A stretch of 64,000 bases of DNA, taken from an uncultured Nitrososphaerota archaeon (GTDB lineage: Archaea; Thermoproteota; Nitrososphaeria; Nitrososphaerales; Nitrosopumilaceae). The position numbers were made by a program, and so were the translations under genes. The stretch lies in assembly GCA_963701075.1 (NCBI GenBank), contig OY969559.1, forward strand, positions 416,001-480,000. The letters are read 5' to 3'. Below, piece after piece: positions 31,925-43,250 of the stretch; the first letter of the stretch is position 1, and the number at the start of each line of letters is the position of its first letter. The notes beneath the pieces are model-generated. The model was not told the origin of the DNA. It ran no database searches and saw only the letters and a list, made by a program, of their open reading frames with translations.

Positions 31925-33416
31925 TCATAGCTCGATATTTCCATTCATGTTAACTCTCTTTACATTTTTGTGCCATTTTTCATGATACTCTTCGTGTTCT
32001 GTATGGATGGGGACAAGGGTTTTTGCCTTTGTACCCTCAATCACTTCTTTTATCTGGTCACCAGAGCCATGCCCAGAAACATGGGTGTGATTCCACTGCC
32101 CTTCCTTTGAAATTAGGCCAAAGTGTGCTAACCATCGTTTTACTCTGATATCATCAAATTCCATTTCTACATCAAACGGTTCTGTTGAAGAGCGTATGTA
32201 ACTTGAACCCGCACTAGGTCTCACATCTATTAGTTGTTGTAATTGATAGTCATTACAATAGAACATTATTTCTTTTTGATGTGCAGAAACATACCTGTAA
32301 TCTATGGCATTTTGATAGTCCAAAAATTCCTGCTCCCATTTCTTATAATCCTGAAGCAATTGCTTTTCAGTCCAATATTCAATATCTTTGTCCTTTAATC
32401 CCCATGACTTTTTTGGAATGTATATCTTGATTATTTTATCATCTGATCTTGGAAATACAGATTTCCAACGCTCTGACGTCTGGAACAAATTTAGTAAATA
32501 AGCCTGCTTCAAGTCTATCACAAGGTCTCGTCCTGCTTCCTTTGCAGCATTATAAAATGAAACTAGTCTATCCAGATCCCTAGTAGGATATGTACAAACT
32601 ACAAGGTTTTCAGTTCTGTTTACAATATTTTTAACATCATCCTCTACTTCAAACTCTGTTTTAGAAAATGTCTCTGCTATACGAGTACCCTCACATAGCA
32701 TGACATCTACATCAGAATTACCACACTTTTCTACAAATTTTTCACTGTCAGACTTTCTTCTCCCATGGAACCTGATATCAGCTGTATAGGATATGGATCC
32801 CTTTGAAGTATGCAAGACAAATCCACTTACTCCGGGAATTGAGTGGTCTACAGCTAACGGTTCTACTTCTATAGAATCAATGTTAAAATTTTTCAGATTC
32901 TCAAAAACTGATATCTTGCGAGGCTGTTGATATTCTTCTCCGCTGGCCCTGCTCATCTGGCCGCTCTTATTTTCATAAATTTTGAATTTTTCTTTAAAGG
33001 TAATAAATTCATCACCGCCTGCACTGGTTTCCTGCAAGGCCTGCATTATCAATTTAGTGGCCTCTGAGCAGTAAATTGGAATTTCAGGCCTGAGATAGTG
33101 TATGTATGCACAATGATCAATGTGTGCATGTGTCAACAATACGGCATCAACTGATGTATCTTCACGTCCTCCAAAGTCCATGTGTTTTGCATAATCTCTT
33201 CTGTAGAGTCCGTCTCAGCTCTGGTAACAATCCAAATTCGAACAAATCACCCATGCCATTGAGATCTCGCGGTTGTGCAAATTCTGAAAAATAATCATTT
33301 ACCTTTCCCATTTGCATGCCAAAATCTAAAAATATTTTTGTACCCTTGTCTTCTACTAAAAACTTGTTTCCACCTATTTCATGCACCCCGCCATAAAAGG
33401 TAAGACTAGTCAACAA
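31925..33416 (-). CDS. RNase J-like MBL-fold metallohydrolase, frameshifted near 33210
   Basis: GGVHEIGGN, LDFG, THAHIDH, VDHS, CEGT, HVSGH, PIHTE. Confidence 0.85.
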
Positions 33417-33485
33417 CTCCTATCATAAACTCAAATACTAAAAGGATCTGTTGTCATTTCATAAATTTATGAATAAGACAACAGG

Positions 33486-33674
33486 ATGATTCTATATGGA
33501 TCTGCAAAATATGGATCGATATATAGAATGATAGATGAGAAATTATTGGAATACATTGCAAGTTTAACGTATGACGAACTCCTGAACTTTGTGGAAATGA
33601 AATATGGAAAAAATTACAAAATAGAATTTAAAAAGAGATTAAAGAAAGAATATGAAAGAGAAAAAGCAAACTGA
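33486..33674 (+). CDS. Small hypothetical protein
   Basis: 62-aa ORF only. Confidence 0.4.
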   Translation: MILYGSAKYGSIYRMIDEKLLEYIASLTYDELLNFVEMKYGKNYKIEFKKRLKKEYEREKAN

Positions 33675-33718
33675 GAATAATTGCATACACTAATGAAGCA
33701 CAGGCTGATCATGGTTTT

Positions 33719-33856
33719 TTACACATTTCCTTTTAGTTGAACAAGAGCAAACTCAAATCCATGAGATCGATTTGCAAATCTCTTTTGTTTTATTTGAGAG
33801 TCAAGCCACTTGACTAATTCCTCATCAATGGTTATGCTTAGTTTTGATTTTGCCAA
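33719..33856 (-). CDS. Ribbon-helix-helix (CopG-like) regulator, 45 aa, absent from the ORF track
   Basis: MAKSKLSITIDEELVKWLDSQIKQKRFANRSHGFEFAL. Confidence 0.8.
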   Translation of the reverse strand: MAKSKLSITIDEELVKWLDSQIKQKRFANRSHGFEFALVQLKGNV

Positions 33857-33903
33857 TAGTATGACTGAGTAGGACAAAATCATTTAACTACAGGTACGAT
33901 AGA

Positions 33904-33920
33904 ATCCTACTAGGTAGGAT
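33904..33920. promoter_or_regulatory. 7-3-7 palindromic operator between the RHH and R-M genes
   Basis: atcctac-tag-gtaggat. Confidence 0.55.
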
Positions 33921-33994
33921 AACTGTGCGAATTTTGCAACAAAGGAAAGCAGGCAAAACCGCAGGCTAGCCAGCCTCTTGAGGTCCAATGTGGT

Positions 33995-35870
33995 ATGAGT
34001 TTAGAGGGGAAGCAATTTGATATTGAAAAAGCCAAAAATGAAATTAAGATTCTAGTTGACAAATATCAACGAATTCTTGATTCTGGAGAGATAAAAGAAT
34101 ACAGTGAGGAGGATACAAAAAAAGATTTTATTTTACCATTTTTTGAGGTATTGGGTTGGGATGTAACAAACAAATTAGAAAATGAAGTTACAGCAGAACA
34201 AAAAATTTCTAAAGGAAGAGTGGATTATGCTTTCAGATTACATGAGATTCCGAAGTTTTTTGTTGAGGCAAAGCCATTTCGCGAAAATGTAGATGACCGC
34301 AAATATGTAGATCAAGCAATTAATTATTCATGGCTGAAAGGTGTAACATGGGCTGTTCTTACAAACTTCAAGAAAATTAAGGTATTCAATAGTGAAATTA
34401 AAGCGTCTAATCCAGCTCTGATTCAATTCTTTGAATTGGAATGTCAAGATTTTGTAAAGAACTTTGATAAGATTTACTTATTATCTAAGGAATCACTTGA
34501 TAACGGGTTTCTTGACGAAAAGGCTGAAGAATGGGGCAAGAAGCTTCCAAAAAAACCTCTAGACGAGAGGCTACTCCTAGATTTAACTACATTCAGAGAA
34601 TTACTATCAGAAAATATTCTTAGAAATAACAAGAGTAAAATGCTCAAGCAAGAAGAACTGGAAGAATCAGTTCAAAGGATAATCTCTCGACTCATTTTCA
34701 TCAGAGCACTTGAAGATAGGCAGTACGAAGAACCGATGTTACTTTCTATTTTACGAGAGAATCAAAACAAGAGCAACATGACAAAATTGAATGAGCTATA
34801 TAGAAAACTCGATGGAATCTATAACGCAAAATTGTTTGCTCCACATTTATGTGATGATCTTCAAATTGATGATTATCCTTTACGCATAGTAATTGAAGGG
34901 CTATATCGTTCCGAAGAACAGCTTCAAAATTATGACTTTGACGCCATGGATGCCGATATTCTTGGCGGTATATATGAGCAGTATCTGAGTCATATACTAA
35001 AGACAGGAAAAAATGGTTTAAAAATAAATGATTCTAGAGCACATAAAAAGGAAGAGGGAATATACTATACTCCAAAATTTATCGTTGATTACATAGTCAG
35101 AACAATCTTTGATGAATTAGAATCTAAGAAAATAGATTGGCATAAAGTAAAAGTACTCGACCCATCATGCGGTTCTGGCTCTTTTCTAATCAAATCGTAC
35201 GATTATTTTCTCAATAAAATAGGCAAAGAGATGGAACAAAAGGTTCAATCTGAAAACAAAGATCTGATAAATTATGATGAGAAACTCACAATTATTCAAA
35301 ATAACATCTTTGGTGTAGATCTTGATCCGATGGCAGTTGAGATCGCTCAACTGAATCTCTTTCTTAAAGGAGTTGAGAAAAAGCATACGCTTCCGGCTCT
35401 TAAAGACAGAATAAAGTGTGGCAATAGCCTAATTTCAGATCGAGATATCGATTTTAAGCGAGCATTTGATTGGAAAAAGGAATTTTCAGAAATATCTAAT
35501 GAAAAAGGATTTGATGTAATAGTAGGAAATCCGCCCTACATAAAATTACACACATTAGATAAAAAGCAGTTAGATTATTTTTACTCCAAGTTTACATCAG
35601 CTACTAAGCATTTCGATATCTATGTCCTGTTTGTTGAAAAAGCATTATCTCTTCTCAAAGAAAATGGTATAATAGGGCTCATTCTTCCTTCAAAATTCTT
35701 TAATGCAGACTATGGAGAGGGATTGCGAAAACTCTTAGCTGAAAAGAAGTGTGTCTATAAAATAATAAATTTCAAAGATTATCAAGTCTTCAAAGGTGCA
35801 ATAACCTATACCTGTCTTTTATTTCTGAGAAACTCTCAAGCTGACACATTTGATTACTATGAATTACAAA
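33995..35870 (+). pseudogene. Type IIG (Eco57I-like) restriction-modification enzyme, 5' part, interrupted by IS5
   Basis: VDY...FFVEAK nuclease, GIYYTP, LDPSCGSGSF, GNPPY; the gene ends at the IS terminal repeat. Confidence 0.92.
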
Positions 35871-36744
35871 CAACTCATCCTAAAACTGATCATTTAGTAA
35901 ATTTTTGACGATCACTGGATCTATCAGATGGAATAATCACACTGATTCCATGAAATTCCAAGAAATCTCAGACAAACAATGGGAAACAATACAAAAACAC
36001 CTTCCATCGCCTGCCAGAACAGGCAGACCAAGGTGTGATGACCGTACCACAATAAATGGAATCATGTTTATTCTGGTTACCGGCTGCAGGTGGGAGGAGA
36101 TGCCAAAAAGATACGGCTCAAAATCAACTGCTCATCTCAGATTGCAGAAATGGCAGCAAAAAGGAATCTGGCAAAATATCTTATCTGATGCAATAAAATC
36201 AGCACACCATTCAGGGAAGATACAGCTGCAAAAGGTATCGGTTGATTCGTCAACTGTTGCAGCCAAAAAAGGGGAGATGTGACAGGATACGACGGATTCA
36301 AAAGAATATCAGGCACGAAAATACATGTTGCAGTAGATTGCAATTCACTTCCAGTATCAATAATTATTGGTCCTGCAAATGAGCATGATTCAACAAAGCT
36401 CATCGATGTGATGGAAAACATCTCTGAATATCTTGATGATGATTCCATAGAACAGATCGTCACTGTATATGCAGACAAGGGTTATGATGCAAAAAAGATT
36501 AGAGAGTATCTAAAGAATAGAAACATCAGGGACTGCATTCCATCCAGAAATTTCAAAAATAACAACAATAAGAAAAGTCAGAGTAATTACAACAGGACAA
36601 GATACGTGGTGGAGAGATTCTTTGCATGGCTCAAATGTGGATTCCACAGAATTAGAATCAGATATGAGAGAATTGCAGAAAATTATCTGGCATTTCTTAA
36701 CATTACTGGAATAATGATGTATTGGAGGGTTTTAGGATGAGTTG
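35871..36744 (+). mobile_element. IS5-family insertion sequence, copy 1 (874 bp)
   Basis: 16-bp TIR caactcatcctaaaac; split transposase orfA 35950-36282 and orfB to 36740 joined at an A6G4 site (36265-36274); DDE motifs VDSS, ADKGYD, RYVVERFFAWLK. Confidence 0.95.
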
Positions 36745-36814
36745 AACATACACGGGATGTACTGGAACACCAGTTGGACCGCCTGCACAAGGGACATTGC
36801 CAGTCTGTCAATAA
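36745..36814 (+). pseudogene. 3' end of the pentapeptide-repeat gene displaced by inversion
   Basis: Reads TYTGCTGTPVGPPAQGTLPVCQ*; rejoins in frame to 61615-61230 through the AAC duplication. Confidence 0.8.
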
Positions 36815-37046
36815 AATCAAAAACCCTTTTTTCATATTTTTAAATTCTAGACTCTTTTTGTTCTCCTAAATAATACCAATTTCCTTAACAATGGCATGAG
36901 TTTATACTAAAATAGAAATTAGAGATTACATAGAATTTTTTTCAAATATGGTCCATATGGATAAATTCGTGCCAATTAATATTATTCATAATTCTCATAG
37001 GTGATATTTTTCTTCTACTATAAGAGATTGGGATACAACATACTTT

Positions 37047-37515
37047 ATGGCAAAAAAATACTCACGCATTCTAGTCCCATTTGATGGTTCAAAATACTCT
37101 CAGAGAGCTCTTGATGAAGCAATTGAGATTTCAAATAATTTCAGCTCTCGAGCTCTATATCATAATGGCTGTAACTACACCAATTATAGAACCACCCGGT
37201 ATGTATTTTGGCTATATTCGTGGAGTAGATATGGATAAGCCATTTGAAGATTACATTGATGTTGCATATGAGCGGGCAGAACGCATATTGCAAGAAACCG
37301 TCGAATATTGTAGAAAAAAAGGGGTCAAGGCAAATTACCAAGTAATCTCAGACAAACCTGGAAAAGCAATACTTGATTTTTCAAAAAGGAAGGACATTGG
37401 TCTAATCGTTATGGGCAGCAAGGGTCTGAAAGGGATTGAAAAGATCAAAGTTCTGGGAAGTGTTAGTAGGCATGTATTGGAAAATGCCTCCTGTCCAGTG
37501 ATGATAATACATTAG
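37047..37515 (+). CDS. Universal stress protein (UspA), frameshifted near 37145
   Basis: ILVPFDGSKYS..AL; LIVMGS.G; LGSVS..V...A.CPV. Confidence 0.88.
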
Positions 37516-37565
37516 ACGACAGAGATATTTTTGAAAGATTTTGTAAAAAAAGGCAATCTACTGAT

Positions 37566-37988
37566 TTATTGATTTCTTGCAGCCCAGCCAGATAACCAGG
37601 CCTTGATTATGTTCTGGTTTAAACTGGCAAAGGCAGACGCATTTTCATTTAAGGTTTTAACGTTTTGTCGCATGGTATCCAAGATGGTAAAGGTGATCTT
37701 GTTTTGTACCTCAAATGTCTTTATCATTTCATCTGTTGCTTCCCTTATGGCTTTGGTTGTAACCTCGGAAGCATTTGCATTCACGCCGCTTTTTGTAGCA
37801 TATTGCTGCTGAAGCATGAGGCTTGATTCGATAAAATTTTTCCAAGCCCCCAAGCATTCTTGTTGCAAGTGAGTAAATGATTGCAGATATTGGGGATTTG
37901 ATCTTTCCAGACTGTTGTAAAGCTTTGTAAAATTCTGATTAAACTCGGAATAGACGTCTTTTGTTGGTTCAGTTTGTTGTTTGCTCAT
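37566..37988 (-). CDS. Thaumarchaeal helical protein, possibly phasin-like
   Basis: Q/N-rich amphipathic helices, P.Y.QSFT.LQQE. Confidence 0.5.
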   Translation of the reverse strand: MSKQQTEPTKDVYSEFNQNFTKLYNSLERSNPQYLQSFTHLQQECLGAWKNFIESSLMLQQQYATKSGVNANASEVTTKAIREATDEMIKTFEVQNKITFTILDTMRQNVKTLNENASAFASLNQNIIKAWLSGWAARNQ

Positions 37989-38180
37989 TTTTAATCGTTA
38001 TTTGATATTACAATGCTTTATGATATATGGATAATCTCAATAGTTTACTGTCTGCTATAGAAGACATGTATTTGTCATAAAGGTATGATTTAGAAAACAG
38101 ATCAGCACTATTGAAGCCACTAGAAATAATTCATAAAACCTGGATAGTTATAATAAATACAGTTATGAGAGTTTATCAAC

Positions 38181-38381
38181 TTGAATGCGTGTAAAACATG
38201 TGGACATCCAAGAGAGGATCACAAGGGAACTGCCATGATATGCATGAAACAAGTAGGAAAAAACTCTGGCGAACTATGTGATTGTTGCTGGTTTGATGAT
38301 GGCAGAGCTCAAATTTTGCCAAGGACAATAGAGGCGTTTGTGTTAAAAGGAAAGGAAGACAGCCATCCGTCGAAGTTCTAA
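38181..38381 (+). CDS. Small Cys/His-rich protein
   Basis: CxxCGH...H...C...CxC. Confidence 0.5.
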   Translation: MNACKTCGHPREDHKGTAMICMKQVGKNSGELCDCCWFDDGRAQILPRTIEAFVLKGKEDSHPSKF

Positions 38382-38384
38382 AGA

Positions 38385-39122
38385 TCAAGATTTTATAACA
38401 TTGAAGACACTTGTAGAAAATGCGACAGAGTTGTGATAGGCAGTTACAGTATATTGACCAACTCCGAAATTCTGCCCAAGTTTATAGACTGTCTGGAAGG
38501 CACCAAGATATGTCCCGTAGGCCACAAGCTGGGTAACTTTGCCGCTGGGTGATTTTATTTCAAGTGTAATAGACTCGCCAAGCTGATAATTATTGACATC
38601 CCCTGAGATTTTAACGCCTGTACTCATTTCTTGTCCTATCGAGTATTCTTTCTGGTCTGTGAAAACGGTACCACCCAGAACTGGTGAGATAGTTCCGTTT
38701 TGCATGTTGGTTGAAGAGCTGTTACCATTAGCAGGAATGATAAAGAAATGGCTTCCCGTAGTGCCTCCCTTAAATCCAGTTTTGATAGCAATTGCATGCC
38801 AGCTGTAATAGCCGGGATCTAGCGTATTTTGATTCAACAATGTAAGATATCCATGTCCAGTCAAGTCAGTTACCGTTAGACCGCCATTATATTCCCCAAA
38901 CCAAAATTGGACTGTGGTACCTTGTACAGGAGAGCCACCACTGGTTACTTGTATCTCTAGTGAGGCTGGAAAATTTGTCAGTGTTGTTCCATCCTGTGGA
39001 GATATCAAAGCAACTTGTAGTGTTGTGGTATATGCACTGGCAGTGGGCATTATGTTTGTATTAATTGATGTTAGGATGACTCCGGTCAGGATCAATATAG
39101 GCAAGATCACCATTCTGCGCAT
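38385..39122 (-). CDS. Secreted Ig-like hypothetical protein
   Basis: Signal peptide; TDQKEY..G...ISG.V, GQYTV.A pattern. Confidence 0.7.
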   Translation of the reverse strand: MRRMVILPILILTGVILTSINTNIMPTASAYTTTLQVALISPQDGTTLTNFPASLEIQVTSGGSPVQGTTVQFWFGEYNGGLTVTDLTGHGYLTLLNQNTLDPGYYSWHAIAIKTGFKGGTTGSHFFIIPANGNSSSTNMQNGTISPVLGGTVFTDQKEYSIGQEMSTGVKISGDVNNYQLGESITLEIKSPSGKVTQLVAYGTYLGAFQTVYKLGQNFGVGQYTVTAYHNSVAFSTSVFNVIKS

Positions 39123-39283
39123 ATTTTACGATCTTCTTTGGGTCTTATAAGACCGGCATCAGGTCTTGACAGGTCTGAATCCGCTAAAGGTTCTAGACCT
39201 GTAGGACCCAGCTACTAACATGGAATAATTTTAAGCCAACTTTGTGTGTAAAAGTAATAGAGTACGAACCAGTTAAAAGATGG

Positions 39284-39457
39284 TTATAATTTTGAAACGT
39301 CTCTTTCTATTTTTTTGCCTTCTTTATCAACAAAGAAGTAGGTATCATGACCATCATTTTCAAAATGTAATGTGAAACTCTCATCTAAATCATCTAATGT
39401 GTTGCCTCTAACTTGAAATCCACATTCGACACAAATTCCCCTCATGTCTCTAGTCAT
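39284..39457 (-). CDS. Small CxxC/H..H zinc-binding protein, 57 aa
   Basis: MTRDMRGICVECGFQVRG...HFENDGH. Confidence 0.5.
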   Translation of the reverse strand: MTRDMRGICVECGFQVRGNTLDDLDESFTLHFENDGHDTYFFVDKEGKKIERDVSKL

Positions 39458-39615
39458 ATTCTAAACTTTTTTGTTATTTCTTACTTTTAAATAAGATCTA
39501 GGTGGCCGGGGGACTAGGGTACCATCTTGGGCTTATTTCTGGGCCCACTTGTATAGAAATGTCAAGATTTGTTTTCAGTTATTGGAGAAATTTCATTTTT
39601 GAAAAAGATTAGAAA

Positions 39616-39699
39616 CTAGTCGTCATGAGCGAGATCATCTAAAAGTTTAGAGTATTTCTCAATAAGTTTCTCGTTGATTTTCTTATCTTTAGGGCTCAT
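39616..39699 (-). CDS. 27-aa peptide coupled to doc; candidate antitoxin
   Basis: MSPKDKKINEKLIEKYSKLLDDLAHDD overlaps the doc stop codon. Confidence 0.45.
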   Translation of the reverse strand: MSPKDKKINEKLIEKYSKLLDDLAHDD

Positions 39700-41228
39700 G
39701 TTTTCTCATTCTTTCTGAAATATAAAAAGACAGCTGTTCCATGACTTCTTGGTTCAAGGTTAACAGTCGGTCCTTGATTTTTCTTAACATTGATCTTAAT
39801 TCTGAATTCACCTCTTCGGGATCAATATCTAAATCATATCCATTATCATATAGAAATTTACCTGCAGCGATAATTCCAGTTCTCCTATTACCATCCATGA
39901 ATGGTTGTTTCAAAGTAATTACCCCTAGGATATGAGCGGCTATTTCAAGTAAATCTTGTAGGAGTTACGCAGTTGAGCCCAAATGACAGAACGGACGGGA
40001 TAGATAGTTCCGTATCGCATACCGGATTATGGCACTCTTTGCCTCATACCAGCTCGTCCCTGTCTCTATCCGGTATGCCTCAAGACGCAGAAAAGCCCTG
40101 ACAGACAAGAGTATGTGACTGATTATCGATCTTGCCTTTCTGACATGCGACCTTTCAATACCACAGCACTGCTTGATTCCACGGTGATACACCTCTACTG
40201 ACCATCCATGTTTTTCAAGCTCCTCCCTTCTTACCGCATTCATTGACAGATTGTTTGTTGCCCAGTACTCAGCGTCTCCGTTTTTGGAAACTGTCCTGAA
40301 TACCTTTATGGTTCCGTACTCTTTGAGGTAGACTGTTCTTCCATGCTTTGGTATTTCCATGCTACTCACTGACACGTTCTTACCATCTTTCAGACTGACA
40401 GTCCTGTTGCTTTTCAGCCTTGTCAGAAAATACCATCCAAGCTTTGCGACAAGATGGAGGTTTCCAATGCTGCAGTACCAACTGTCAAAGAGCACATACA
40501 GCGGATTCATGCCTCTCTGCCTGGCCTTTACCAGCATCTCCTGGAAGCGGTCGTTCTTTGTAAGACCTGTGACAGGTGCGTCGTAGATCCTGCAATCACA
40601 CGGTACGCGCTTTTTTCCATCTGTCCACAGAAGCGTGATGAGGTTTATTCCCTTGACCACACATCTGTGCTTGCCACTCCAGTGCCATGTTACAAGGTCC
40701 ATCTTTGAGGCATACGGCTTGTCAAGAGTGGTATCGTCGACTACAATAACACCCCCGCTTCCTATCATTGCCTTTGCTTCCTTCCAAACCGTCTCAGTGT
40801 CTTGAGTCTGTCGTTGTAGAAGGCGCGTAAAGGAGTCATGGGATGGGATTTTGTACAGCTCCACGGGCTGGCATCTTGCAGCCTCTGTACATGTAAAGGT
40901 CTTCTGGGATGCTATGAGGAACTGTATGTAGTCTAGTACATCACATCTTGATTGGTTCATTGCAAAGAGGGGATCGTCTTGGATCTAAGATTTATGGAAT
41001 GAATCCTTAGGCTATCTTGTGAAGGTCAACTGCGTAACTCCTATCTTGTTCTTTATTTCCAGAATTTCCAACATTATTTATCATGAGAAGCACTTCATCC
41101 ATATTTTTTTGAATTACCCCAATATGTACTGGTTCACCAGTTCTTTTCTTGTGTCTTAGGAGAATCTGTTGATTAGTCTCAGTTAGATATCGTTTATGAA
41201 TTTTCATCACCATATTGTCTGAGACCAC
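39689..41228 (-). pseudogene. doc: Fic/Doc family toxin interrupted by an IS701-like element
   Basis: Removing the IS and one TCTTG copy restores a 149-aa ORF with QPFMDGNRRTG. Confidence 0.85.
39959..41043 (-). mobile_element. IS701-family (ISAba11-like) insertion sequence, 1085 bp
   Basis: 18-bp perfect TIR taggagttacgcagttga; 5-bp TSD TCTTG at 39954-58 and 41044-48; transposase 39965..40960 with SHDSFTR, VDDTTLDKPY, FDSWY, W.VEVYHRGIKQ. Confidence 0.93.
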
Positions 41229-41313
41229 GACATGTTCCTTGGATGATTAGATTTAAGGCTTGAATTTTATTGGGAACAGTTACGGAGTCATTAGGAATTC
41301 AAACTTTACAATT

Positions 41314-42348
41314 CTATCTTGCTTCAATAAGTCGCTTAAACTCATCCTCATCACCAACTATCATTATTATAGGAGTCTTTGAAATTTCCCTTATCAATGG
41401 TATCTTCTTTTCCACCTTGTCCAAGAATTCTTCTTCTGTCCACAAGAGATAGTTCATTTCACGACCTACTGTCCCTTCTGTTTTGGATATGGATCTTAGA
41501 AGAGCATCATCGCTTACATTGCCAACTACTAACAAGTCAATGTCACTTGATTGTGACTCTGTTCCTTTTGCAATTGAGCCATAAATTAATGCATATTTGA
41601 TCTCCTCTTTTGGTAAATCCCTAGAAATGACTTCATCGAGCATTTCAAATTTTAGAAATATTCTTTTCAATTCATTGAATATCACGCTTTTATTATTAAT
41701 TTTATAGAATACCAGATTGCCTTGGGTTCTTCGCAGGACCAAGCCAATATTATGAATCACGGGCATCTCTTTTGTTATTGTGGAAGGAGCCAAGTCGGTT
41801 CTTCTTGCAATATCGTTTGCATGGAATTCGCGTGAGGAATTTAGGAATAGAAGCTTCAGAATCAAAACCTGCGCCCGAGACCTGAAGAGGCTCTCAAGTG
41901 AACTTTTAATTGAAACGACTTTGGCTGGTTTTTTCGTGTCTTTGAAAACAATATTCTTCACAGAAGGAAGAACATTACTTGTAGTTGGTTTTACGACCTC
42001 CTCTACCCTATCATTTACCAGCAATAGCCCGATTCCGAGGCTTTGACAGGTGCTAAGAACTACCTTGGAAGAGCGATCTTTTGGAATTGCAAGATATGAA
42101 AAATTTGCTGCATTCTTTTGATGTAGCGTCTGTTCTATTCCTCGTTGTATGTCTCCAGAACTTCCTTTGACTTTGATGGCAGTGATTTTTCCATCCTTTG
42201 TGGCTATGATGTCCACAATCCTGCCTCGTAGTTTTACTTCACGAGAGGTCTTCCATCCCTTTTTTTCGAGATACCTTTCTGTTTTTTTCAGGATGGTACT
42301 CTCTGTGTTTACAAAAACGCCATTTCTATTAATCGAATGTTTATTCAC
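41314..42348 (-). CDS. PD-(D/E)XK-like + HTH + minimal nucleotidyltransferase fusion
   Basis: VDIIA...AIKVK, an HTH segment, YGS.AKG....SDIDLLVVG. Confidence 0.75.
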   Translation of the reverse strand: MNKHSINRNGVFVNTESTILKKTERYLEKKGWKTSREVKLRGRIVDIIATKDGKITAIKVKGSSGDIQRGIEQTLHQKNAANFSYLAIPKDRSSKVVLSTCQSLGIGLLLVNDRVEEVVKPTTSNVLPSVKNIVFKDTKKPAKVVSIKSSLESLFRSRAQVLILKLLFLNSSREFHANDIARRTDLAPSTITKEMPVIHNIGLVLRRTQGNLVFYKINNKSVIFNELKRIFLKFEMLDEVISRDLPKEEIKYALIYGSIAKGTESQSSDIDLLVVGNVSDDALLRSISKTEGTVGREMNYLLWTEEEFLDKVEKKIPLIREISKTPIIMIVGDEDEFKRLIEAR

Positions 42349-42538
42349 TAAGTAGAAATAGTATTTCTATCATATATAGTTAGTACAGGGTTAGTAACCA
42401 GAGAGTTATACAATACAGTGGCATATAGTGTAGCCACATCGAGGGGACTTGACCACCATCTTGGGACTATTTCTGGGCTCGTTGGTATGTTTGAACCTGC
42501 AAGACTTACTCCTGATCTGTTCTTATTTTAAACAATAT

Positions 42539-42724
42539 TTAAAACAAAGATTTGTGAATCTTGGACTTGATTTTGTCTTTCAGTTCTTGGGTAATTTCTT
42601 CTGGCTTCATACCATGATCTTTTGTAGCGTGTGTTGCACATTGTGCCAAGATATCGTTTTCTGTCTTGCCTTTTGCAACAAAGCCGCAATCAAATCCAAC
42701 ATCCTTACATTTGAATTTCAACAT
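42539..42724 (-). CDS. DUF1059 small metal-binding protein
   Basis: FKCKDVGFDCGF...H...DH. Confidence 0.85.
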   Translation of the reverse strand: MLKFKCKDVGFDCGFVAKGKTENDILAQCATHATKDHGMKPEEITQELKDKIKSKIHKSLF

Positions 42725-42874
42725 ATTTCAATTACATCGTCATCAAGTATAAAGTTGTATCCAAATTTTAGATCATCTACATATTGACAAATCGCACACA
42801 AATGGCATTTCTGCTCTTTTGCATCCACCATAACATCTAGCGCTTTGCTGATTTCGTAAAGCTTTTTGTCATGT

Positions 42875-43003
42875 TTATGTCTGTATTTTTCTGCGAGTTT
42901 TCTTTGGAAATGCGTCACACCCGCATATCATGCATGGCATGCTGTGGAACCCGATGAACTCGTTTCCACATCCAGGGCACTTGAGGGTTACTATCTGGCT
43001 CAT
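42875..43003 (-). CDS. CPxCG zinc-finger microprotein, 42 aa
   Basis: MSQIVTLKCPGCGNEF...PCMICG. Confidence 0.55.
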   Translation of the reverse strand: MSQIVTLKCPGCGNEFIGFHSMPCMICGCDAFPKKTRRKIQT

Positions 43004-43133
43004 GTCTATATTGCTGCAAAGAAGTAATAAAAAATCACGGCACAATGTTACTGAACATAGTTAATGAAATTATCTTGACTTGCAGCCTGGGTCAAATGAG
43101 AAAGTCATGTAAGACTCGTTGAATGGCTTTCAG

Positions 43134-43250
43134 TTAGGTAAAGTGATCCAGTCCTTTGGGAATGGGCTTTGTATGCCTGCGTAGAATATGAACTTCCAAG
43201 CCTTCTGTTGAATAGAAAACTAATCCGCATTCTTTGCATTCCAATGACAT
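43134..43250 (-). CDS. C2H2 zinc-finger microprotein, 38 aa
   Basis: MSLECKECGLVFYSTEGLEVHILRRH. Confidence 0.65.
   Translation of the reverse strand: MSLECKECGLVFYSTEGLEVHILRRHTKPIPKGLDHFT

Noticed and set aside
39150-39210. Repeated agacct/aggtct half-sites upstream of the secreted protein gene
   Set aside because: Short and irregularly spaced; cannot be distinguished from chance
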